Positions 58,375-64,000 of a stretch of 64,000 nucleotides of DNA are shown here, in pieces. The stretch covers positions 32,001 through 96,000 of the forward strand of contig JANLSU010000070.1 of NCBI GenBank assembly GCA_031362565.1, written 5' to 3'. The DNA comes from a bacterium (GTDB lineage: Bacteria; Krumholzibacteriota; Krumholzibacteriia; G020349025). The notes beneath the pieces were generated by a model. That model searched no databases and was not told where the DNA came from. It saw nothing but the letters and a program-made list of their open reading frames with translations. How positions within the stretch are numbered: the stretch's first letter is position 1; each line of letters opens with the position of its first letter. The position numbers and the translations under genes were made by a program.

Positions 58375-59336
58375 ATGCGCACACCGGTGAGCGCGACTTC
58401 CGGCGACACGTCGCCTTCCGGGCCGCAAGGCGATGTCCAGAAGAGAATCGCGCGCGGTTCGTGCACGCCCCACTTGCGGAGCAACAACCCGTTCATGTCG
58501 TGCAACACGATCGCCTCGTACGGCGCCGGTGGGCCCGCCGCTTGGATGCGGTCCAGTTTGCAGGAATAGTGTTCGGGCATGAGCACTTCGACAACATCGT
58601 CGAGGCCGGTCGGCAGGAGCATGCTCAACATGCGGCGGCGCTGGCCGTCGATTTGAAAGTCGCGAATGCGTACCCGCACGCGCTTCCCGCCCATGGCAAC
58701 CAGCGTATCGAGATCGTGCCGCAGGTCGTACGTCAGGCACAGGTGCCCGAATCCCATCCGCGCCCGGCGCAACCGCGTGATGGGATACAGACCCGGGTCC
58801 GAGAAGCGTGCAAAGGCTCCCGCCAGTGCCGCTTCGTCGGCCTCGCGGACGCACGTCGTGTCGGTCGCGAACGCGGCGACATAGCTGTAGGCATTCCGGG
58901 TTGCGAGCCGCGCCAACAAGTGCGCCGCGTGGCGGGCGGCGCTCGAACCTGGAGTGCCGAAATGAGCGGCGCGATACAACGAGTCCACGCGCGCGAGCTC
59001 GCGTTCATTGCCGTCGGCGAGCGTCTGGCCGACCGAATCGACGTCACAGGCCCGCAGGCGCACGATGCGCACTTGCGGGCCCAGACGGCACAGTGGACAG
59101 GGACGCGGCGTATCGTCGTCAAACCGTGCGTGCGGAGAAATCGACGCTGGAACCGCATCGATCATGGCGGGTTCGGAACCTGGAGCCCGTGCCAACTCCA
59201 CGCCCACACTGGCCCCGGCGCGCGACAACAGTGCGCAGAGCGCGAGCGCCGAGGCGCGCCGCCAGCCAGTCTGGATATCGTGAGATCGCACCTCGAAAGC
59301 AAAGCAACGACCGGGCCGAAGCGGCCGCCAAAGCAA
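58161..59336 (-). CDS. hypothetical exported protein (start uncertain)
   Basis: Long ORF with a signal-like segment (RRASALALCALL); no family recognised. Confidence 0.55.
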   Translation of the reverse strand: MLWRPLRPGRCFAFEVRSHDIQTGWRRASALALCALLSRAGASVGVELARAPGSEPAMIDAVPASISPHARFDDDTPRPCPLCRLGPQVRIVRLRACDVDSVGQTLADGNERELARVDSLYRAAHFGTPGSSAARHAAHLLARLATRNAYSYVAAFATDTTCVREADEAALAGAFARFSDPGLYPITRLRRARMGFGHLCLTYDLRHDLDTLVAMGGKRVRVRIRDFQIDGQRRRMLSMLLPTGLDDVVEVLMPEHYSCKLDRIQAAGPPAPYEAIVLHDMNGLLLRKWGVHEPRAILFWTSPCGPEGDVSPEVALTGVRIYMPHLRLKVPFLPDVGFDDLREIDLPQPIVRLSYLRGAHPEWLVAKPAGFVGWCGHGPVPDELRGQFPDE

Positions 59337-59399
59337 AGCCCCTTGCCGCCAGGAACGGCAAGGGGCCGCGATCGGGAACGGACGCCGCGAAGTCGGCGC

Positions 59400-60131
59400 T
59401 CAGCGGTACAGGGCCTTGACGCCCGACCACGGCGCGGATTCGACGCCGACCAAACCGGTCGTGTATTGGATCCCAAGAATCGGCCGGTTCTCGGTGAGCG
59501 CATTCTCCTTGGTATCGAAACGGCGCGCGTTCGATCCGCCACCCTCGACACCGCGCACGATCCAACCGTAACTCGTCGCCGGCGTGTCGAGCCAACTTTG
59601 CACATCAGCCACCATTTGCGCCGTCGATCCCCACACGTATGTGCCGGCGTCGCCGACGTTCTGTGACGCACTGACGGTCGCATCAAAGTCACCGCCCGGG
59701 GTCGTCCACAACGAGCCGGGAAAGAACGTGTGAATCCAGGTTGCATCGCCCGGTGCCGCAGCCGTGCCCGTGCCGCCCGGATCGCCGGCGTCCGACGCAC
59801 CCTCACCCCAGTTGGCGAGCACCCGGTTCAACGTGCAGGCAACTGCCGGCGCCAGAAAGGGCGCGCGCGAGCAATGCAAGGTCAGGGTCACGGACTGGAT
59901 CGTCGACCCCGCGGGAACGGCACTCGCAACGTCGAACGCCAAGAGACCGCGCCGGACACTGCCGGCCTGGCCGGCGAACAAATAGGCGCCGGCGCCGTTG
60001 CTGAGGCCGCCCGTGCCGTCCAAATAGAGGGTGTTGTCCTTCGAAGCGCCGACGGCGGCGAAGTCGGCGAAGGCCGCGTGCGCAGCCAGAACCATCAAGC
60101 AAGCGAACGTCGTCCCAAGAGCAAATTTCAT
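59400..60131 (-). CDS. secreted DNRLRE-like domain protein with WxxxKxxYR tail
   Basis: GAGGAGG RBS; signal peptide; KDNTLY...RRGLLAFDV...IQSVTLTL...DVQSWLD...NRPIL; ends VESAPWSGVKALYR. Confidence 0.8.
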   Translation of the reverse strand: MKFALGTTFACLMVLAAHAAFADFAAVGASKDNTLYLDGTGGLSNGAGAYLFAGQAGSVRRGLLAFDVASAVPAGSTIQSVTLTLHCSRAPFLAPAVACTLNRVLANWGEGASDAGDPGGTGTAAAPGDATWIHTFFPGSLWTTPGGDFDATVSASQNVGDAGTYVWGSTAQMVADVQSWLDTPATSYGWIVRGVEGGGSNARRFDTKENALTENRPILGIQYTTGLVGVESAPWSGVKALYR

Positions 60132-60282
60132 GCGGCTCGACCTCCTCGAGATGCGGTGCACTGTGTGAGTTGCTAGTATATCCTGCCGCGCGACCGCACC
60201 GCGACCCCAAGCGGTACAAAGTTCGATCGCGCATTGCTCGATGGCCGCGTTGACCATGTGGCGTGTCCGCTGAAGGGACCAC

Positions 60283-60786
60283 ATGACCGCCTCCGACCCC
60301 GGCCCGCGTCGTGTGCCCCGCCGACTGTGGCGCGCCCTGGGCGTCGCGGCGCTCCTGCCGCCCTTTGCGGCGGCGTTCTATTCGCTTTCCGAGCCGTGGG
60401 CGAAGGCGCGCGTCATCGTGCTTTGGGGCATCTCACGCAGCATCGGGGCCACCCTCCTCGTGGCCGCCGGTCTAGCGGTGGCATTCGCCGCCTGCGCCTG
60501 GCTGGCATGGACGGGACGGCGTTTGCGCTTGGCGGCCGTGGTCCATCTCGCGACGGGAACCCTCCTCGGATTCATTTCGTGGCAGGCCTTCGCGATGGTG
60601 CGCGACGCCGGCATCCGGGGCTTGGGCATCCTGCCGATTGCCACCGTGCATCCCGGACGTGGCCTGCAGGTATTCTTTGCAGCGGCGCTTTGGCTCGTGG
60701 CGCTCGGGCTGGTGGAAGTCGCGCTGTCCTTCGAGTTTCCACGCCCCAGGCGGCTGCGGCGCGCGGGCCACCGCGCAGCCGATTGA
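60283..60786 (+). CDS. hypothetical membrane protein
   Basis: About four hydrophobic helices; AAGGGA RBS. Confidence 0.6.
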   Translation: MTASDPGPRRVPRRLWRALGVAALLPPFAAAFYSLSEPWAKARVIVLWGISRSIGATLLVAAGLAVAFAACAWLAWTGRRLRLAAVVHLATGTLLGFISWQAFAMVRDAGIRGLGILPIATVHPGRGLQVFFAAALWLVALGLVEVALSFEFPRPRRLRRAGHRAAD

Positions 60787-60859
60787 CGCCGGACCAATCG
60801 AGCCGCCATTCTGCCGAGTAGTTCCGCGGACCCGCGCGGGCCCCTGTGCCTCCTTGGGA

Positions 60860-63052
60860 GTGCGACGTTTGTCCGGCTCGCTATTCGTTTCCGACGACGA
60901 AAACACATCCCTCGAGGGCGTCCTCGAGCAAGTGGTCTATTCGAGTCCCGAGACGGGTTGGACCGTGGCGCGCATTTCGACCCGCGACCCGAACCCGGTG
61001 ACCATCGTCGGGACGCTTTCCGGGGTGCAACCGGGTGAAAGCCTGCGCCTGAACGGCCGTTGGGTCGAGGATCGCAAGTACGGCCGCCAGTTCCGGGTCG
61101 AATCCTATCTGAGCGTGCAGCCGACAACGCTCGTCGGCATCGAGCGCTATCTCGGATCGGGGCTGGTGCACGGCATCGGGCCGGTGACCGCGCGCCGCCT
61201 CGTGGCCCATTTCGGGCTCGAGACCCTCCGCGTCATCGACGAGGAAGCCACCCGCCTGCACGAAGTGCCGGGAATCGGCCGTACCAAGATCAAGGCGATC
61301 CAAGAAAAGTGGCGCGAGCAGCGCGGCGTCCGCGACGTCATGGTGTTCTTGCAGTCGTATGGGATCGGCGCCGCACAGGCCCGGCGCATCTACAAGCGCT
61401 ACGGCGCCCAAGCCAACGCCATCGTGCGCCAGAATCCGTACCAACTGGCGCGCGATGTCGCGGGGATCGGATTCTTGTCGGCGGATCGTATCGCCCGCGC
61501 CCTCGGCACCCCGGTCGATGCGCCGCAACGCATCGAAGCCGGCGTGCTCCACGCGCTCGAGACGGCGCGCGACGAGGGGCATTGCTACTTGCCGCGCGAG
61601 CGGCTCGTGCTCGCCGCGGCGGCGCTGCTCGAGTGCGAAACGGCCGCGGCCGAGGCAGCGGTCGACCGGCTGGCATTGCGTGGCGAGGTCAAACCCGAGC
61701 CCGAGGTAGACGATTGCCCGGTGTACGACGCGACACTGTACGGCATCGAAGCCGCAGTCGCACGCGGCTTGCACCGGCTGCTCCGCGCCCCGCGGCGTCC
61801 AGCGTCGAAGATCGATGCCGCCCTCGACGAGTACGAAGCGCAGGAGGGCATTCAGCTTGCCCCGTCGCAACGGCGCGCCGTGGCGCGCGCGCTCGAAGTG
61901 CCCGTATTGGTCGTGACCGGTGGGCCCGGAACAGGTAAGACGACCCTCGTGCGCGCCGTATTGCACGCCCTCGAACGCCGCGGCGAGCGGGCGCTGCTCT
62001 CGGCACCCACCGGACGAGCCGCGAAACGCCTCTCGGAGACCACCGACCACCCAGCGCAAACGATTCACCGGCTCCTCGAGTGGAATCCGCGCGAACTGCG
62101 GTTCCAGCGTGATGCGGCTTCGCCGCTCGAAGCCGATCTCATCGTCGTCGATGAAGTTTCGATGGTGGATCTTGCCCTTCTGCGTTCGTTGCTGGACGCG
62201 ATTCCAAACCAGGCGCGCCTGCTCTTGGTCGGCGACTCCGATCAGCTGCCGTCCGTCGGCCCGGGAGCGGTGCTTGCCGATTGCATCGACTCCGGCGTGG
62301 TGGAGTTCGTGCGTCTGCAGCAGATCTATCGCCAGGACGAGGCGAGCTGCATCGTCACCAACGCGCACCGCATTCGCGACGGCGAGGCGCCGTTGTTGCC
62401 GCCCGCCGGTGAGCGCGGCGATTTCGTGCTCGTCGAACGCAATGCGCCGGACGATGTTCTCGGCACTCTCAGGACGCTCGTCGCCGACCGCCTGCCGGCC
62501 GCACTCGGCGTCGATCCGCGCGGCGACATCCAGGTGCTGGTTCCCATGCACCGCGGCACGCTGGGTGCGGCCGCCATCAATGCGGCGCTGCAGGATGCCC
62601 TGAACCCGGACGGCGCACCGGTGGGCGCGGGCGGGTTGCGCGTCGGTGACAAGGTGATGCAAACCCGCAACAACTACGATCTCGAAGTCTTCAACGGTGA
62701 TCTTGGGATCGTCGAGGCTTGGAACGAGGCCGACCGCACGTTGTACGCGCGGTTCGACGAGCGGCGGGTCGTGTATGAAGCGAGCGACCTGCCGGAACTG
62801 GCCCTCGCCTATGCCTGCACGGTGCACAAATCACAGGGCAGCGAATACCCGGTCGTCATTCTCGTGCTGCACCGCCAGCATCACGTCATGTTGCAGCGGA
62901 ATCTCGTCTATACGGCAGTGACGCGGGCGCGCCGCCAGGTCGTCGTGCTGGGCGAATCGGGCGCTTTGCGCACGGCGCTCTCCAATGGCCGCGTGCAGGA
63001 ACGCTGGACGCGCCTCGCGGCGCGGCTCCAAGCACTCTCAGCCGCCGTGTAG
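60860..63052 (+). CDS. recD2: ATP-dependent RecD-like DNA helicase RecD2
   Basis: KYGRQF, HhH GIG motifs, NPYQLA, TGGPGTGKTT, APTGRAAKR, DEVSM, GDSDQLPSVGPG, TVHKSQGSE. Confidence 0.95.
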   Translation: MRRLSGSLFVSDDENTSLEGVLEQVVYSSPETGWTVARISTRDPNPVTIVGTLSGVQPGESLRLNGRWVEDRKYGRQFRVESYLSVQPTTLVGIERYLGSGLVHGIGPVTARRLVAHFGLETLRVIDEEATRLHEVPGIGRTKIKAIQEKWREQRGVRDVMVFLQSYGIGAAQARRIYKRYGAQANAIVRQNPYQLARDVAGIGFLSADRIARALGTPVDAPQRIEAGVLHALETARDEGHCYLPRERLVLAAAALLECETAAAEAAVDRLALRGEVKPEPEVDDCPVYDATLYGIEAAVARGLHRLLRAPRRPASKIDAALDEYEAQEGIQLAPSQRRAVARALEVPVLVVTGGPGTGKTTLVRAVLHALERRGERALLSAPTGRAAKRLSETTDHPAQTIHRLLEWNPRELRFQRDAASPLEADLIVVDEVSMVDLALLRSLLDAIPNQARLLLVGDSDQLPSVGPGAVLADCIDSGVVEFVRLQQIYRQDEASCIVTNAHRIRDGEAPLLPPAGERGDFVLVERNAPDDVLGTLRTLVADRLPAALGVDPRGDIQVLVPMHRGTLGAAAINAALQDALNPDGAPVGAGGLRVGDKVMQTRNNYDLEVFNGDLGIVEAWNEADRTLYARFDERRVVYEASDLPELALAYACTVHKSQGSEYPVVILVLHRQHHVMLQRNLVYTAVTRARRQVVVLGESGALRTALSNGRVQERWTRLAARLQALSAAV

Positions 63053-63814
63053 ATAGCGGCTGAAATTCGCCTGCAGGCGCGCCGCAACCTGCGGCAGCGA
63101 TTCGCCACGCAACGCCGCGAGGCGTTCGGCAACCTGGCGGGCCCAGGCGGGGCGCGCCGGCTGGCCGCCGAATTTGACGGGGCTATCGGTTTCGACGAGC
63201 AGCCAGTCGCCGTCGATGGCCGCGGCGACGGCGGCCTGCTCGGGATCGTCGAGGATCGACGGCCCGGGTGATATGAAGAGGCCGCTCGCGGCAGCAGCTT
63301 TGGCGAGTTTCAACGAGTGCGTGAACCAGTGCAGGTTCACCCCGAGGCCGGTGCGCGCGACGAACTCCGCTGCGGTGGTGAAGATCTCGCGCTCGGCGCG
63401 CCGGCAGTGCACGTTGGCGGGCTTGCGAAGTGCCGCGGCCCACTCGAGTTGTTGTTGCAACGCCTGGCGCTGCCGGTCGCGCTGTACCGCATCGACCGCG
63501 TCCTTGAAATCGAGTCCGACTTCGCCGAGTGCGTCGGCCGTGCCGAGTGCATCGCGCACGAAATCGAGCTCGCGCTGTAGCGCTCCGGCATCGAGACGCG
63601 GGATTTCACTCGGGTGCAGGCCCACCGCGGCGCGGACCTGATGCGGATGCAGGGCCCGCAGTGCGAGGGCGCGCCGGCTCGACGCGGCACACATGCCGAC
63701 CGCGAGCACCGGCCCGACGCCGGCGGCAAGCGCTTCGTCGAGTGCCTGAGCGGGATCGGCGAGAGCGTCCAAGTGGCAGTGCGCGTCAGGGATTCGGAGA
63801 TCGGGGTCCTGCAC
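63038..63814 (-). CDS. tatD: TatD-family deoxyribonuclease
   Basis: DAHCHL, GLHP, GEVGLD, VHCR, LHWF, LLVETDSP; AGGAGG RBS. Confidence 0.88.
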   Translation of the reverse strand: MQDPDLRIPDAHCHLDALADPAQALDEALAAGVGPVLAVGMCAASSRRALALRALHPHQVRAAVGLHPSEIPRLDAGALQRELDFVRDALGTADALGEVGLDFKDAVDAVQRDRQRQALQQQLEWAAALRKPANVHCRRAEREIFTTAAEFVARTGLGVNLHWFTHSLKLAKAAAASGLFISPGPSILDDPEQAAVAAAIDGDWLLVETDSPVKFGGQPARPAWARQVAERLAALRGESLPQVAARLQANFSRYLHGG

Positions 63815-63898
63815 TGATGCCTCCTGGCGGCGCTGCGGACGACCCGCTATAACGGAAGCGGCGCCGTGCGGGCGCCTTGAGCTCGAGAAAGGCCTCCG

Positions 63899-64000
63899 AT
63901 GAGCCGGCACCGACGCGCGACCCGTCCGACCTCGAAAGCCGGGATGCCCCCCGGCACCTTGGTGTACACGGGCGAACGCAAGCTCGACAAGACCCGCCTG
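63899..64000 (+). CDS. corA: magnesium/cobalt transporter CorA, N-terminal fragment (runs off the window)
   Basis: My translation MSRHRRATRPTSKAGMPPGTLVYTGERK matches the G(L/M)PPGTLVY.G N-terminal motif of CorA. Confidence 0.7.
   Translation, partial: MSRHRRATRPTSKAGMPPGTLVYTGERKLDKTRL

Overview
GC-rich bacterial chromosomal window with about 58 genes, one initiator tRNA-Met, and no CRISPR array, transposase or prophage that I can see. A FlgD-Ig C-terminal domain, a GWxTD-family protein and a recurrent C-terminal 'WxxxKxxY[RQ]' tail suggest an FCB-group candidate lineage such as Krumholzibacteriota, Latescibacterota or Eisenbacteria; this is inference from gene content only. Housekeeping genes: rlmN, tmk, eno, ftsB, queD, yggX, recD2, tatD and the start of corA. 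Regulatory genes: three sigma-54 activators, an NtrY-like kinase and an ECF sigma factor, plus four by-eye sigma-54 (-24/-12) promoters. Top candidates for undescribed biology: (1) a myo-inositol operon iolG-iolB-iolD-iolE ending in an atypical transaldolase in place of iolC/iolJ, suggesting a kinase-free route; (2) a small secreted Pro-rich propeptide co-transcribed with a TPR-GAF-sigma-54 activator and flanked by two sigma-54 promoters, resembling RRNPP-type peptide signalling; (3) a shared ~14-aa C-terminal motif on three unrelated secreted proteins, a putative sorting signal; (4) a POTRA-less Omp85 barrel coupled to a kinase-like lipoprotein within a five-gene envelope operon. All family calls come from motif recognition by eye, not database searches. 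Many start codons were moved from the ORF track using RBS and homology reasoning.
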